A DNA stretch of 64,000 nucleotides from Escherichia coli (GCF_024298765.1 NZ_CP101210.1), one strand, 5' to 3'. Numbered from the stretch's first letter, positions 18,687 to 31,540 are shown. Made by a program: numbers and translations. The notes: generated from the letters alone by a model not told the origin.

Positions 18687-19225
18687 AAACGGGGGCCGAA
18701 GCCATCCGGGCGCTGGCCATGCAGATCCCGGCGTTTCGTCAGAAGCTGAGCGACGGCTGGTATCAGGTACGCATTGCCGGGCGTGATACAGGTGAAACGG
18801 AATTATCAGCCCGTCTTAATGAACCGCTGGCAAATGGTGCTGTGATCCATATCGTGCCGCGTCTGGCAGGAGCCAAAAGTGGCGGTGTGTTTCAGGCTGT
18901 GCTGGGGGCGGCTGTTATGGCGGTTGCTATATGGATGCCGGGGGTAGGAATTATGGCGAGTAATCTGCTGTTTTCTCTCGGTGCCAGTATGACGCTTGGC
19001 GGTGTTGCACAGATGCTGGCCCCTAAACCCAAACCCCCCCGCACACAGACAACGGATAACGGCAAACAGAACACCTATTTTTCTTCACTGGATAATATGG
19101 TTGCCCAGGGCAATGTTCTGCCCGTTCTGTACGGTGAAATGCGCGTGGGGTCACGGGTGGTTTCTCAGGAGATCAGCACGGCAGACGAAGGGGATGGTGG
19201 TCAGGTTGTGGTGATTGGTCGCTGA
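18584..19225 (+). CDS. Tail assembly protein I
   Basis: N-terminus MAATHTLPLASPGMARICLYGD matches lambda I; overlaps K. Confidence 0.85.
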   Translation: MAATHTLPLASPGMARICLYGDLQRFVRRIDLRVKTGAEAIRALAMQIPAFRQKLSDGWYQVRIAGRDTGETELSARLNEPLANGAVIHIVPRLAGAKSGGVFQAVLGAAVMAVAIWMPGVGIMASNLLFSLGASMTLGGVAQMLAPKPKPPRTQTTDNGKQNTYFSSLDNMVAQGNVLPVLYGEMRVGSRVVSQEISTADEGDGGQVVVIGR

Positions 19226-19244
19226 TGCAAAACATTTTATGTGA

Positions 19245-19271
19245 AACCGCCTCCGGGCGGTTTTGTCGTTT
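19245..19271 (+). terminator. Hairpin plus T-rich tract between I and J
   Basis: CCGCC-TCCG-GGCGG then TTTTGTCGTTT. Confidence 0.45.
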
Positions 19272-19285
19272 ATGGAGCGTGATGA

Positions 19286-22200
19286 ATGGGTAAAGGCAGC
19301 AGTAAGGGGCATACCCCGCGCGAAGCGAAGGACAACCTGAAATCCACGCAGTTGCTGAGTGTGATTGATGCCATCAGTGAAGGGCCGATTGAAGGTCCGG
19401 TGGATGGATTAAAAAGCGTGCTGCTGAACAGTACGCCGGTGCTGGACAGTGAGGGGAATACCAACATCGTCGGTGTCACGGTGGTGTTCCGGGCTGGTGA
19501 GCAGGAGCAGACTCCGCCGGAGGGATTTGAATCCTCCGGCTCCGAGACGGTGCTGGGTACGGAAGTGAAATACGACACGCCGATCACCCGGACCATCACG
19601 TCGGCAAACATTGACCGACTGCGTTTTACCTTCGGCGTGCAGGCACTGGTGGAAACCACCTCAAAGGGGGACAGGAATCCGTCGGAAGTCCGCCTGCTGG
19701 TTCAGATACAGCGTAATGGTGGCTGGGTGACGGAAAAAGACATCACCATTAAGGGCAAAACCACCTCGCAGTATCTGGCCTCGGTGGTGGTGGATAACCT
19801 GCCGCCGCGCCCGTTTAATATCCGGATGCGCAGGATGACGCCGGACAGCACCACAGACCAGCTGCAGAACAAAACGCTCTGGTCGTCATACACCGAAATC
19901 ATCGATGTGAAACAGTGCTACCCGAACACGGCACTGGTCGGCGTACAGGTGGATTCGGAGCAGTTCGGCAGCCAGCAGGTGAGCCGTAATTATCATCTGC
20001 GCGGGCGTATTCTGCAGGTGCCGTCGAACTATAACCCGCAGACTCGGCAATACAGCGGTATCTGGGACGGAACGTTTAAACCGGCATACAGCAACAACCC
20101 GGCCTGGTGTCTGTGGGATATGCTGACCCATCCGCGCTACGGCATGGGAAAACGTCTTGGTGCGGCGGATGTGGATAAATGGGCGCTGTATGTCATCGGC
20201 CAGTACTGCGACCAGTCAGTGCCGGACGGCTTTGGCGGCACGGAGCCGCGCATCACCTGTAATGCGTACCTGACCACACAGCGCAAGGCGTGGGATGTGC
20301 TCAGTGATTTCTGCTCGGCGATGCGCTGTATGCCGGTATGGAACGGGCAGACGCTAACGTTCGTGCAGGACCGACCGTCGGATAAGGTGTGGACCTATAA
20401 CCGCAGTAATGTGGTGATGCCGGATGATGGTGCGCCGTTCCGCTACAGCTTCAGCGCCCTGAAGGACCGCCATAATGCCGTTGAGGTGAACTGGATTGAC
20501 CCGGATAACGGCTGGGAGACGGCGACAGAGCTTGTGGAGGACACGCAGGCCATTGCCCGTTACGGTCGTAACGTCACGAAGATGGATGCCTTTGGCTGTA
20601 CCAGCCGGGGGCAGGCGCACCGCGCCGGGCTGTGGCTGATTAAAACGGAACTGCTGGAGACGCAGACCGTGGATTTCAGCGTGGGTGCCGAAGGGCTTCG
20701 CCATGTGCCGGGTGATGTCATTGAAATCTGCGATGATGACTATGCGGGGATCAGCACCAGCGGGCGCGTGCTGGCTGTGAACAGCCAGACCCGGACGCTG
20801 ACGCTCGACCGTGAAATCACGCTGCCATCCTCCGGTACCACGCTGATAAGCCTGGTTGACGGAAGTGGCAATCCGGTCAGCGTGGAGGTCCAGTCCGTCA
20901 CCGACGGCGTGAAGGTAAAAGTGAGCCGTGTTCCTGACGGCGTTGCCGGATACAGCGTATGGGGGCTGAAGCTGCCGACGCTGCGCCAGCGCCTGTTCCG
21001 CTGCGTGAGTATCCGTGAGAACGATGACGGCACGTATGCCATCACCGCCGTGCAGCATGTACCGGAAAAAGAGGCCATCGTGGATAACGGGGCGCACTTT
21101 GACGGCGACCAGAGCGGCACGGTGAATGGTGTCACGCCGCCAGCGGTGCAGCACCTGACTGCCGAAGTCACCGCAGACAGCGGGGAATACCAGGTGCTGG
21201 CCCGCTGGGACACGCCGAAGGTGGTGAAGGGCGTGAGCTTCCTGCTCCGTCTGACCGTAACAGCGGATGACGGCAGTGAGCGGCTGGTCAGCACGGCCCG
21301 GACGACGGAAACCACATACCGCTTCACGCAACTGGCGCTGGGGAACTACAGGCTGACTGTCCGGGCTGTAAATGCGTGGGGACAGCAGGGCGAGCCGGCA
21401 TCGGTATCGTTCCGGATTGCCGCACCGGCAGCGCCGTCTCGGATTGAGCTGACACCGGGCTATTTTCAGATAACCGCCACGCCGCATCTTGCGGTTTATG
21501 ATCCGACGGTACAATTTGAGTTCTGGTTCTCGGAAACGCGGATTACCGATATCAGGCAGGTTGAAACCACAGCCCGCTACCTTGGCACGGGGCTGTACTG
21601 GATAGCCGCCAGTATCAATATCAAACCGGGCCATGATTATTACTTTTATATCCGCAGTGTGAACACCGTTGGCAAATCGGCATTCGTGGAGGCCGTCGGT
21701 CGGGCGAGCGATGATGCGGAAGGTTACCTGGATTTTTTCAAAGGCAAGATAACCGAATCCCATCTTGGTAAAGAGCTGCTGGAAAAAGTCGACCTGACGG
21801 AGGATAACGCCAGCAAACTGGAGCAGTTTTCGAAAGAGTGGAAGGATGCCAACGATAAATGGAATGCCATGTGGGCTGTCAAAATTGAGCAGACCAAAGA
21901 CGGCAAACATTATGTCGCGGGTATTGGCCTCAGTATGGAGGACACGGAGGAAGGCAAACTGAGCCAGTTTCTGGTTGCCGCTAACCGTATCGCGTTTATT
22001 GACCCGGCAAACGGGAATGAAACGCCGATGTTTGTGGCGCAGGGCAATCAGATATTCATGAACGACGTGTTCCTGAAACGCCTGACGGCCCCCACCATTA
22101 CCAGTGGTGGAAATCCACCGGCATTTTCCCTGACACCGGATGGGCGGCTGACGGCGAAAAATGCCGATATCAGCGGTAACGTGAATGCGAACTCCGGGAC

Positions 22201-22681
22201 GCTCAACAACGTCACGATTAACGAGAACTGTCGGGTTCTGGGAAAACTGTCCGCGAACCAGATTGAAGGCGATCTCGTTAAAACAGTGGGCAAAGCTTTC
22301 CCCCGGGACTCCCGTGCACCGGAACGGTGGCCATCAGGGACCATTACCGTCAGGGTTTATGACGATCAGCCGTTTGACCGGCAGATTGTTATTCCTGCGG
22401 TGGCATTCAGCGGCGCTAAACATGAGAGAGAGCATACTGATATTTACTCCTCATGCCGTCTGATAGTGCGGAAAAACGGTGCTGAAATTTATAACCGTAC
22501 CGCGCTGGATAATACGCTGATTTACAGTGGCGTTATTGATATGCCTGCCGGTCACGGTCACATGACGCTGGAGTTTTCGGTGTCAGCATGGCTGATAAAT
22601 GACTGGTATCCCACAGCAAGTATCAGCGATTTGCTGGTTGTGGTGATGAAGAAAGCCACCGCAGGCATCAGTATCAGCTGA
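19286..22681 (+). CDS. Tail tip host-specificity protein J
   Basis: 1131 aa; lambda J-like N-terminus. Confidence 0.9.
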   Translation: MGKGSSKGHTPREAKDNLKSTQLLSVIDAISEGPIEGPVDGLKSVLLNSTPVLDSEGNTNIVGVTVVFRAGEQEQTPPEGFESSGSETVLGTEVKYDTPITRTITSANIDRLRFTFGVQALVETTSKGDRNPSEVRLLVQIQRNGGWVTEKDITIKGKTTSQYLASVVVDNLPPRPFNIRMRRMTPDSTTDQLQNKTLWSSYTEIIDVKQCYPNTALVGVQVDSEQFGSQQVSRNYHLRGRILQVPSNYNPQTRQYSGIWDGTFKPAYSNNPAWCLWDMLTHPRYGMGKRLGAADVDKWALYVIGQYCDQSVPDGFGGTEPRITCNAYLTTQRKAWDVLSDFCSAMRCMPVWNGQTLTFVQDRPSDKVWTYNRSNVVMPDDGAPFRYSFSALKDRHNAVEVNWIDPDNGWETATELVEDTQAIARYGRNVTKMDAFGCTSRGQAHRAGLWLIKTELLETQTVDFSVGAEGLRHVPGDVIEICDDDYAGISTSGRVLAVNSQTRTLTLDREITLPSSGTTLISLVDGSGNPVSVEVQSVTDGVKVKVSRVPDGVAGYSVWGLKLPTLRQRLFRCVSIRENDDGTYAITAVQHVPEKEAIVDNGAHFDGDQSGTVNGVTPPAVQHLTAEVTADSGEYQVLARWDTPKVVKGVSFLLRLTVTADDGSERLVSTARTTETTYRFTQLALGNYRLTVRAVNAWGQQGEPASVSFRIAAPAAPSRIELTPGYFQITATPHLAVYDPTVQFEFWFSETRITDIRQVETTARYLGTGLYWIAASINIKPGHDYYFYIRSVNTVGKSAFVEAVGRASDDAEGYLDFFKGKITESHLGKELLEKVDLTEDNASKLEQFSKEWKDANDKWNAMWAVKIEQTKDGKHYVAGIGLSMEDTEEGKLSQFLVAANRIAFIDPANGNETPMFVAQGNQIFMNDVFLKRLTAPTITSGGNPPAFSLTPDGRLTAKNADISGNVNANSGTLNNVTINENCRVLGKLSANQIEGDLVKTVGKAFPRDSRAPERWPSGTITVRVYDDQPFDRQIVIPAVAFSGAKHEREHTDIYSSCRLIVRKNGAEIYNRTALDNTLIYSGVIDMPAGHGHMTLEFSVSAWLINDWYPTASISDLLVVVMKKATAGISIS

Positions 22682-22700
22682 ATTTTATAACCCATATACG

Positions 22701-22726
22701 GGCGCCAGAAATGGCGCCTTTTTTAT
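22701..22726 (+). terminator. Rho-independent terminator after J
   Basis: GGCGCC-AGAAAT-GGCGCC followed by TTTTTTAT. Confidence 0.6.
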
Positions 22727-22748
22727 TGCAGAAAAGCGAGAGGTAATT

Positions 22749-23348
22749 ATGCGTAAAGTTTGTGCAGCCATTTTGTCCGCAGCCATCTGTCTGTCCGTAT
22801 CCGGTGCGCCTGCATGGGCATCTGAACATCAGTCCACGCTGAGCGCGGGCTATCTTCATGCCTCGACGAACGTTCCCGGCAGCGATGATCTGAACGGGAT
22901 TAACGTGAAATACCGTTATGAGTTTACGGACACACTGGGGCTGGTGACGTCATTCAGCTATGCAGGAGACAAGAATCGCCAGCTTACCCGTTACAGCGAT
23001 ACCCGCTGGCATGAAGATTCCGTGCGTAACCGCTGGTTCAGCGTGATGGCGGGGCCGTCTGTGCGCGTGAATGAATGGTTCAGCGCGTATGCGATGGCGG
23101 GTATGGCTTACAGCCGTGTGTCGACTTTCTCCGGGGATTATCTCCGCGTAACTGACAACAAGGGGAAAACGCACGACGTGCTGACCGGAAGTGATGACGG
23201 TCGCCACAGCAACACGTCTCTGGCGTGGGGAGCTGGCGTGCAGTTTAACCCGACCGAATCCGTGGCCATTGATATTGCTTATGAAGGCTCCGGCAGTGGC
23301 GACTGGCGCACTGACGGTTTCATCGTGGGTGTCGGTTATAAGTTCTGA
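22749..23348 (+). CDS. lom: Lom outer-membrane protein (Ail/Lom family)
   Basis: Signal peptide and beta-barrel pattern; lambda Lom-like. Confidence 0.9.
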
Positions 23349-23375
23349 TTAGCCAGGTAACACAGTGTTATGACA

Positions 23376-23401
23376 GCCCGCCGGTTCAGGCGGGCTTTTT
23401 T
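23376..23401 (+). terminator. Rho-independent terminator after lom
   Basis: GCCCGCC-GGTTCA-GGCGGGC followed by T6. Confidence 0.65.
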
Positions 23402-23412
23402 GTGGGGTGAAT

Positions 23413-26400
23413 ATGGCAGTAAAGATTTCAGGTGTACTGAAAGACGGCACAGGAAAACCGGTACAGAACTGCACAATCCAGCTGAAAGCAAAACGTAACA
23501 GCACCACGGTGGTGGTGAACACGCTGGCCTCAGAAAATCCGGATGAAGCCGGGCGTTACAGCATGGACGTTGAGTACGGGCAGTACAGCGTTATTCTGTT
23601 GGTGGAGGGATTCCCGCCGTCACATGCCGGGACCATCACCGTGTATGAAGATTCCCGACCCGGTACGCTGAATGATTTTCTCGGTGCCATGACGGAGGAT
23701 GATGCCCGTCCTGAGGCACTGCGCCGTTTTGAACTGATGGTGGAAGAGGTGGCGCGTAACGCGTCCGCGGTGGCACAGAACACGGCAGCCGCGAAGAAGT
23801 CAGCCAGCGATGCCAGCACATCAGCCCGTGAGGCGGCAACCCATGCGACTGATGCTGCAGGCTCAGCACGCGCAGCCAGCACGTCAGCCGGACAGGCCGC
23901 GTCGTCGGCTCAGTCAGCATCTTCCAGCGCAGGAACGGCATCAACAAAGGCCAGTGAAGCATCGAAAAGTGCTGCTGCTGCAGAGTCCTCAAAAAGCGCG
24001 GCAGCTACCAGTGCCGCTGCGGCGAAAACGTCAGAAACGAATGCGGCAGCGTCACAACAATCAGCCGCCACTTCTGCATCCGCCGCGACCACGAAGGCGT
24101 CAGAAGCAGCCACCTCAGCCCGGGATGCGGCGGCCTCAAAAGAGGCAGCGAAATCATCAGAAACGAACGCATCATCAAGCGCCAGTAGTGCCGCTTCCTC
24201 GGCAACGGCGGCAGGCAATTCCGCGAAGGCGGCAAAGACGTCTGAGACAAACGCCAGGTCTTCTGAAACGGCAGCGGGACAGAGCGCCTCGGCTGCGGCA
24301 GGCTCAAAAACAGCGGCTGCGTCGTCTGCCAGTGCCGCGTCAACAAGTGCCGGGCAGGCCTCAGCCAGTGCCACCGCCGCCGGAAAATCGGCAGAAAGTG
24401 CCGCATCGTCTGCTTCAACAGCCACAACGAAGGCTGGCGAAGCCACTGAACAGGCCAGCGCAGCAGCGAGGTCTGCTTCCGCAGCGAAGACATCCGAGAC
24501 GAACGCGAAAGCGTCGGAAACCAGCGCAGAATCCTCAAAAACGGCTGCCGCATCGTCCGTCAGTTCGGCGGCGTCATCGGCATCATCGGCGTCTGCTTCA
24601 AAAGATGAGGCGACCAGACAAGCGTCCGCAGCGAAGGGCAGCGCCACGACAGCATCCACGAAGGCGACAGAGGCAGCTGGCAGTGCGACGGCGGCAGCAC
24701 AGAGCAAAAGTACGGCGGAATCCGCGGCAACGCGCGCCGAGACAGCGGCAAAACGGGCAGAGGATATTGCATCCGCCGTGGCGCTTGAGGATGCAAGTAC
24801 GACGAAAAAGGGGATAGTACAGCTCAGCAGTGCGACCAACAGTACGTCTGAAACGCTGGCGGCAACGCCAAAGGCAGTAAAATCAGCCTATGACAATGCA
24901 GAGAAACGTCTGCAGAAAGACCAGAACGGCGCTGATATACCCGATAAGGGACGCTTCCTGAACAACATTAACGCGGTCAGTAAAACAGACTTTGCTGATA
25001 AGCGTGGTATGCGTTATGTGCGGGTTAACGCTCCTGCAGGTGCAACATCTGGAAAATATTACCCTGTTGTTGTTATGCGTTCTGCTGGCTCAGTAAGCGA
25101 ACTGGCATCAAGGGTCATTATCACCACGGCAACGCGAACCGCAGGCGATCCGATGAATAACTGCGAGTTTAACGGATTTGTTATGCCTGGTGGCTGGACT
25201 GACAGGGGGCGTTATGCTTATGGCATGTTCTGGCAATATCAAAACAATGAACGAGCCATCCACTCAATAATGATGAGTAATAAGGGCGATGATTTGCGCT
25301 CTGTGTTCTATGTTGATGGCGCTGCTTTCCCTGTTTTTGCGTTTATTGAAGATGGCCTGTCAATATCCGCACCTGGTGCTGATCTCGTTGTTAATGATAC
25401 GACCTATAAGTTTGGGGCAACAAATCCAGCGACTGAATGTATCGCGGCGGACGTTATCCTTGATTTTAAGAGTGGGCGTGGTTTTTATGAGTCCCATTCG
25501 TTAATCGTTAACGATAACTTGTCGTGCAAAAAACTTTTTGCCACAGACGAAATTGTAGCGCGTGGTGGTAATCAGATTCGAATGATAGGTGGGGAGTATG
25601 GTGCATTATGGCGTAATGATGGCGCTAAAACTTACCTGCTGCTTACCAATCAAGGTGATGTTTATGGTGGCTGGAATACATTAAGACCGTTTGCTATTGA
25701 TAACGCAACCGGCGAACTGATTATTGGAACCAAACTGTCCGCAAGTCTGAACGGTAATGCATTAACAGCAACAAAGCTGCAAACGCCAAGACTGGTTTCT
25801 GGTGTTGAGTTTGATGGTTCCAAAGATATTACTTTAACCGCCGCGCATGTGGCTGCTTTTGCCAGAAGGGCAACGGATACATATGCCGATGCGGATGGTG
25901 GCGTTCCCTGGAATGCCGAATCAGGCGCTTACAATGTCACCCGCTCTGGCGACAGCTATATTCTGGTTAACTTCTATACCGGAGTCGGAAGTTGCCGGAC
26001 CCTGCAGATGAAGGCGCATTACAGAAATGGAGGTCTGTTCTACCGTTCCTCAAGAGATGGCTATGGTTTTGAGGAAGGCTGGGCAGAAGTTTATACCTCG
26101 AAAAATCTTCCACCAGAAAGCTACCCAGTTGGCGCACCAATCCCGTGGCCATCAGATACCGTTCCGTCTGGTTATGCCCTGATGCAGGGGCAGACTTTTG
26201 ACAAATCTGCATACCCGAAACTTGCAATCGCTTACCCATCTGGTGTGATCCCTGATCTGCGTGGATGGACAATTAAGGGCAAACCCGCCAGTGGTCGCGC
26301 TGTATTGTCTCAGGAACAGGACGGTATTAAATCGCATGCCCACAGTGCCAGTGCATCCAGTACGGATTTGGGTACGAAAACCACATCGTCGTTTGATTAC

Positions 26401-26814
26401 GGCACTAAATCCACGAATAACACTGGGGCGCATACCCATAGTGTTAGCGGGACTGCAAATAGTGCCGGTGCGCACCAACACAAGAGTTCCGGTGCGTTTG
26501 GTGGCCCGAACACGAGCATTTTTCCTAATGGTTATACTGCGATTTCAAATCCAAGCCCGTGGATTATGAGCACAACAAGCGGTAGTGGCCAGACTCGTAA
26601 TGCAGGGAAGACATCATCAGATGGTGCTCATACCCACTCGCTGTCCGGCACTGCTGCAAGCGCAGGCGCACATGCACATACTGTCGGTATTGGTGCTCAT
26701 ACGCACTCCGTTACGATTGGTTCACATGGACACACCATCACCGTTAACGCTGCTGGTAACGCGGAAAACACCGTCAAAAACATCGCATTTAACTATATTG
26801 TGAGGCTTGCATAA
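23413..26814 (+). CDS. stf: Side tail fibre protein Stf (about 1130 aa; expanded Ala/Ser/Thr repeat region; His-rich C-terminal fibre domain)
   Basis: N-terminus [26 protein letters not shown] and C-terminus GAHTHS...[11 protein letters not shown] match lambda Stf as recalled. Confidence 0.9.
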   Translation: MAVKISGVLKDGTGKPVQNCTIQLKAKRNSTTVVVNTLASENPDEAGRYSMDVEYGQYSVILLVEGFPPSHAGTITVYEDSRPGTLNDFLGAMTEDDARPEALRRFELMVEEVARNASAVAQNTAAAKKSASDASTSAREAATHATDAAGSARAASTSAGQAASSAQSASSSAGTASTKASEASKSAAAAESSKSAAATSAAAAKTSETNAAASQQSAATSASAATTKASEAATSARDAAASKEAAKSSETNASSSASSAASSATAAGNSAKAAKTSETNARSSETAAGQSASAAAGSKTAAASSASAASTSAGQASASATAAGKSAESAASSASTATTKAGEATEQASAAARSASAAKTSETNAKASETSAESSKTAAASSVSSAASSASSASASKDEATRQASAAKGSATTASTKATEAAGSATAAAQSKSTAESAATRAETAAKRAEDIASAVALEDASTTKKGIVQLSSATNSTSETLAATPKAVKSAYDNAEKRLQKDQNGADIPDKGRFLNNINAVSKTDFADKRGMRYVRVNAPAGATSGKYYPVVVMRSAGSVSELASRVIITTATRTAGDPMNNCEFNGFVMPGGWTDRGRYAYGMFWQYQNNERAIHSIMMSNKGDDLRSVFYVDGAAFPVFAFIEDGLSISAPGADLVVNDTTYKFGATNPATECIAADVILDFKSGRGFYESHSLIVNDNLSCKKLFATDEIVARGGNQIRMIGGEYGALWRNDGAKTYLLLTNQGDVYGGWNTLRPFAIDNATGELIIGTKLSASLNGNALTATKLQTPRLVSGVEFDGSKDITLTAAHVAAFARRATDTYADADGGVPWNAESGAYNVTRSGDSYILVNFYTGVGSCRTLQMKAHYRNGGLFYRSSRDGYGFEEGWAEVYTSKNLPPESYPVGAPIPWPSDTVPSGYALMQGQTFDKSAYPKLAIAYPSGVIPDLRGWTIKGKPASGRAVLSQEQDGIKSHAHSASASSTDLGTKTTSSFDYGTKSTNNTGAHTHSVSGTANSAGAHQHKSSGAFGGPNTSIFPNGYTAISNPSPWIMSTTSGSGQTRNAGKTSSDGAHTHSLSGTAASAGAHAHTVGIGAHTHSVTIGSHGHTITVNAAGNAENTVKNIAFNYIVRLA
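23760..24800 (+). repeat. In-frame imperfect tandem repeats within stf (recurring AAKTSETNA...SS.SAA units)
   Basis: Repeat units visible in translation; generates long spurious ORFs in other frames. Confidence 0.6.
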
Positions 26815-27395
26815 TGGCATTCAGAATGAGTGAACAACCACGGACCATAAAAATTTATAATCTGCTGGTCGGAACTAATGAATTTATTGGTGAAGGTGAC
26901 GCATATATTCCGCCTCATACAGGTCTGCCAGCAAACAGTACCGATATTGCACCACCAGATATTCCTGCTGGCTTTGTGGCTGTTTTCAACAGTGATGAGG
27001 CATCGTGGCATCTCGTTGAAGACCATCGGGGTAAAACGGTTTATGACGTGGCTTCCGGCGACGCGTTATTTATTTCTGAACTCGGTCCGTTACCGGAAAA
27101 TGTTACCTGGTTGTCGCCGGGAGGGGAATATCAGAAGTGGAACGGCACAGCCTGGGTGAAAGATGCAGAAGCAGAAAAACTGTTCCGGATCCGGGAGGCG
27201 GAAGAAACAAAAAACAGCCTGATGCAGGTAGCCAGTGAGCATATTGCGCCGCTTCAGGATGCTGCAGATCTGGAAATTGCAACGGAGGAAGAAACCTCGT
27301 TGCTGGAAGCCTGGAAAAAGTATCGGGTGTTGCTGAACCGTGTTGATACATCAACTGCACCGGATATTGAATGGCCAGTAGCACCTATAGGGTAA
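26814..27395 (+). CDS. tfa: Tail fibre assembly protein Tfa
   Basis: Positional immediately after stf; size 193 aa. Confidence 0.85.
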   Translation: MAFRMSEQPRTIKIYNLLVGTNEFIGEGDAYIPPHTGLPANSTDIAPPDIPAGFVAVFNSDEASWHLVEDHRGKTVYDVASGDALFISELGPLPENVTWLSPGGEYQKWNGTAWVKDAEAEKLFRIREAEETKNSLMQVASEHIAPLQDAADLEIATEEETSLLEAWKKYRVLLNRVDTSTAPDIEWPVAPIG

Positions 27396-28254
27396 ATTCG
27401 TAATGATTACCTAAATACGTTATTCTTTTGTTAAAAAAGTGATTTTGCTATAGGTAGGGAGTATGTTCTTGGATTAAGAATAAAAAATCGCCATGAAAGA
27501 GCTTCATGGCGAGTACATAAACGTACAAAATGTGATGAAAGTAGAGTGGCGTAAGCCACTATATTAAGATATGACAATAGCGAAGAAAAGTAAATAACAT
27601 TTCATGGACGTTTAATTGTTAATTATAAAAACTAGAGTGCCCGATATTGTTTATCTTGCTTTAAAATAATGTACTCAAACCAAATTTTTGAGCTAAAAGC
27701 TCAAATAATATAAATGCAATAATAATGTTTAATAAGACAATTAGCTTGCTTTGTATTTTCATTTCGGAATACTGTTAAGTAACTTTGATGACCCTAACAA
27801 TAGATCGGAATTTTCTTAGAGTCAATGGTCACTGTTTTTGCTTGCAAAGCAAATGTTTTGGTGGTTATAAGTTGTCTTAATATAGTCACGCATGCAACTT
27901 GTTCCATGCGGAGATTAAAGATTGGAATATAACGCGAAGATGGAATTAAATTACATTTGCAATAATCAATTTATTATTACTCAATAATTACCGATATTAT
28001 TATTGTAAATTAATCATTAGAGTGCAAAAAGAAATGTAACGGCAAAATAAGAGGACGATAGCTGAGAAAAAAGCGTGCTTTCCCAATCTGGGGCAAATCA
28101 CGTCTGAATGACACCTGAAAACAGGTGGTAGCCTCAAGAAGGCTTGGAATATTCTTCTTTAATGTTATGTAATTCATTGATTTTTCGTGTACGATTTTAA
28201 GACATTTATTCCAAGAAAAATTTTTAACTCTTTGATTTTTCGACTCTGTATCAT

Positions 28255-28316
28255 CGGTCTCGAAAACCGGAGTAGGGGCAACTCTACCGGGGGTTCAAAT
28301 CCCCCTCTCTCCGCCA
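28255..28316 (+). other. serU: Prophage attachment core: 3' 62 nt of tRNA-Ser(CGA) serU ending in CCA, no 5' half
   Basis: Sequence CGGTCTCGAAAACCGG...CCCCCTCTCTCCGCCA matches serU 3' portion as recalled; upstream sequence is not tRNA. Confidence 0.8.
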
Positions 28317-28862
28317 CTTTATCAATGACTTATCTCCTGACTTCCCGCCTTGCTTTTCCTAAACAGAACAATCGTAGAATATTCTTGAAGGGTTAGATCG
28401 TCACTGTTTTCTGTTCGATACTGTGACATTCAGCACTTGATTCGCTATGGAGCTGACAGGAAGGTTTCGAGCGAAAATCTACAGTTATTCAGTCGTTTTC
28501 TTATCGGTCACCATTATTCTTTTAGACATTGATCCTATGAAACTGCCGCAAAGTTGCTGGCGGGAACTGAAGTTGCGTAGAGAAGGGGTCAATAATTGAG
28601 TCAAAAAAGGAACGCGGCCGTCAGATTAAAGCCGCGGGACAAAGTCCATAATTTCCAAGAGTTGTTGAATTTCCCAGCTTTTTTGAAAGCCTTTGTATCA
28701 TACTAACAAGTAAAAAAGGTTTAAACACCAAAATTAACCTATATTTCTGGTTAGCTTTACCATGACAGATGACTTGCTCCTGGAAACATTTGTGCTGCCA
28801 GTCTGTATGGCTGAGTTGTGTATTTATTGTTCGCCTTTTTCGCATTTTTTTTTCTACAGACA

Positions 28863-28898
28863 TAATAAAAAAGACACGACTCAAGTATGAGCGTGTCT
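28863..28898 (-). terminator. Rho-independent terminator downstream of zinT
   Basis: AGACACG ... CGTGTCT hairpin followed by T-run on minus strand. Confidence 0.55.
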
Positions 28899-28986
28899 GA
28901 GTTTGTCTTACTTATTTGTCTTGGCAAATTATTGTTGTTACTACCAGGCACTGTTCTGTTAAATAACTGAAGTCAGCGCAAAAAAA

Positions 28987-29637
28987 TCAATGAGACATCA
29001 TCTCCTCGACCACTTCTTCGCTACTCAACTGATAGGGATAATACGTTGGCCAGTTTTCCATTTCATTCAATAAAGACTGTTGGGAATCATTACCCATAAA
29101 AATGTGAAAATGAGATGATTTTCGTGGTGCAATTATATGATCGCTAAATTGTATATATTTAGGGGCTTTGCTTTCAGGATCTTTACATTCGAATAAGTAA
29201 CGAACGCCTTTCTTGCCTGATTTATAGGTGAGTATTTTGTATCCATCGTAATCATATTTACAGGATGTTGTTTCATTATTTCTATGGAATTCGACAATGC
29301 CGTCCTCAATGCCAATCATCTCGATGTCTGTCACATAACCTTTGCGATAATAATCTTTAATTTCAGCAAATGTTTTGGTTTTATCTGCATCCGCTTTCTT
29401 CTGAAAGACGGGGTCAAGTTTGCCACTTTGCAGTAAAGGATAAACGGATTGCCAGACTCCATCCCAGTCACTGAGCGTTCGGTTTTGTACATTGGCATCA
29501 TCAAAAACACCATTAGCAGCTTTTTGTTCGACCTCTGTTAAGGGTTTGCCGTGTGAGTGATGACCATGCGAAAAGGCAGGAGCGCTAACAATAAAGACAC
29601 CTAAAGCAACAGCCAGTTTATGAAGACGAATCGCCAA
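28987..29637 (-). CDS. zinT: Zinc/cadmium-binding periplasmic protein ZinT
   Basis: Signal peptide plus HGHHSHG metal-binding motif; matches ZinT. Confidence 0.95.
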   Translation of the reverse strand: MAIRLHKLAVALGVFIVSAPAFSHGHHSHGKPLTEVEQKAANGVFDDANVQNRTLSDWDGVWQSVYPLLQSGKLDPVFQKKADADKTKTFAEIKDYYRKGYVTDIEMIGIEDGIVEFHRNNETTSCKYDYDGYKILTYKSGKKGVRYLFECKDPESKAPKYIQFSDHIIAPRKSSHFHIFMGNDSQQSLLNEMENWPTYYPYQLSSEEVVEEMMSH

Positions 29638-29826
29638 AACAGTTTCCTCCAGAGTTAATGTATATGATGTGTAATGTTATATTGTAACATATAACAAAAT
29701 GCAACAACTCTTAGGAGACAAGAGAATAGTTCTCTCAGGTGTGCTTATCTATCTTATTGAAATAAAATAAATTATGTCGATGATTTGAGGTTGATGACAA
29801 ACGAAACATAACTTGATGTGATCTGC

Positions 29827-29862
29827 GTAGGCCGGATAGGGCGCTCGCGCCGCATCCGGCAG
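29827..29862. repeat. REP (repetitive extragenic palindrome) element
   Basis: GTAGGCCGGATAGGGCGCTCGCGCCGCATCCGGCAG palindromic unit. Confidence 0.8.
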
Positions 29863-29893
29863 GGATAACGCGTACTTTGTCGGCAATATGAAG

Positions 29894-30529
29894 TTATACA
29901 GATAATTTGTTGTGAACCTGCTTGCGTAAACGGTTAAAAAGGGAAAGCAACTTCTTATACCGTAAGGCTAAAAGCAGTACCGCCAGCCCAGCGTAGATGA
30001 GTGGCTGCGGTGAAATAATCTTCACTGACCACAAATAATGTATTGGGGCCAGGATCGCGACAAGATAGACGAAGTTATGCAACTGTTGCCAGTGTTTACC
30101 GAGTTTTCGCTGCATCGCCTGGGTTGAAGTGAACGCTAACGCAAGCAAAATTACCCAGCTGATAATACCTAACGTTAAATAAGGCCGGGTAATTAACTCC
30201 TTACCTAATAACGCCAGATTATTCACGCCCAGCTCCAGCAATGCGTAACTGGTTAAATGCAGTGTCGCCCAGGCAAAGCACCATAAGCCTAACAGGCGGC
30301 GAGTGCGTATCAATAACGGCTGTTTTGCGTAGCGTGCCAGAGGTGTGATTAACAAGGTCGCCAGCAAAAATTTCAGTGCAGTGCGACCAGTAAAATGCTG
30401 AATATCTTTCACCGGATCGGCACCCAATCCACCGTGATTAATCGCCCAGACCAGCCAGAGAAACGGCAACAATCCGGCAAGATGCAGGCAAACTTTCAGC
30501 CATGTCACCTGTTTTGCTGTCAGACGCAT
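29894..30529 (-). CDS. msrQ: Methionine sulfoxide reductase haem-binding subunit MsrQ (YedZ)
   Basis: 211-aa polytopic membrane protein; matches YedZ. Confidence 0.9.
   Translation of the reverse strand: MRLTAKQVTWLKVCLHLAGLLPFLWLVWAINHGGLGADPVKDIQHFTGRTALKFLLATLLITPLARYAKQPLLIRTRRLLGLWCFAWATLHLTSYALLELGVNNLALLGKELITRPYLTLGIISWVILLALAFTSTQAMQRKLGKHWQQLHNFVYLVAILAPIHYLWSVKIISPQPLIYAGLAVLLLALRYKKLLSLFNRLRKQVHNKLSV

Positions 30530-31540
<1,011 letters not shown>

Noticed and set aside
20354-21910. 518-aa minus-strand ORF antisense to J, with similar long antisense ORFs opposite the portal (7416-8252), L (17234-17944), TerL (6188-6790) and fliH/fliG (54551-55312, 54912-55844)
   Set aside because: They lie entirely within strong sense-strand genes with clear homology and are typical stop-poor shadow frames of GC-rich coding sequence; no RBS or independent evidence.
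23760-24800. CRISPR-like repeat array
   Set aside because: The repeats are in-frame coding repeats within stf without repeat-spacer architecture; no cas genes and no CRISPR array found anywhere in the window.
23810-24839. Arg/Pro/Gln-rich 335-aa plus-strand ORF and Ala/Asp-rich 309-aa minus-strand ORF
   Set aside because: Alternative-frame artefacts of the Ala/Ser/Thr-rich tandem repeat tract inside stf; low-complexity translations.
28255-28316. Intact tRNA-Ser gene
   Set aside because: Only the 3' 62 nt (anticodon stem onward) are present; the upstream sequence cannot form the acceptor or D arms, so this is the att core copy, not a functional gene.
28187-28396. 69-aa ORF (GTG start) spanning the attachment core
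   Set aside because: Reads straight through the serU 3' fragment; no RBS; translation is low-complexity.
28621-28951. Two overlapping minus-strand ORFs (87 and 64 aa) between the att core and zinT
   Set aside because: Low-complexity translations, no RBS, and they span the zinT terminator hairpin; not credible genes.
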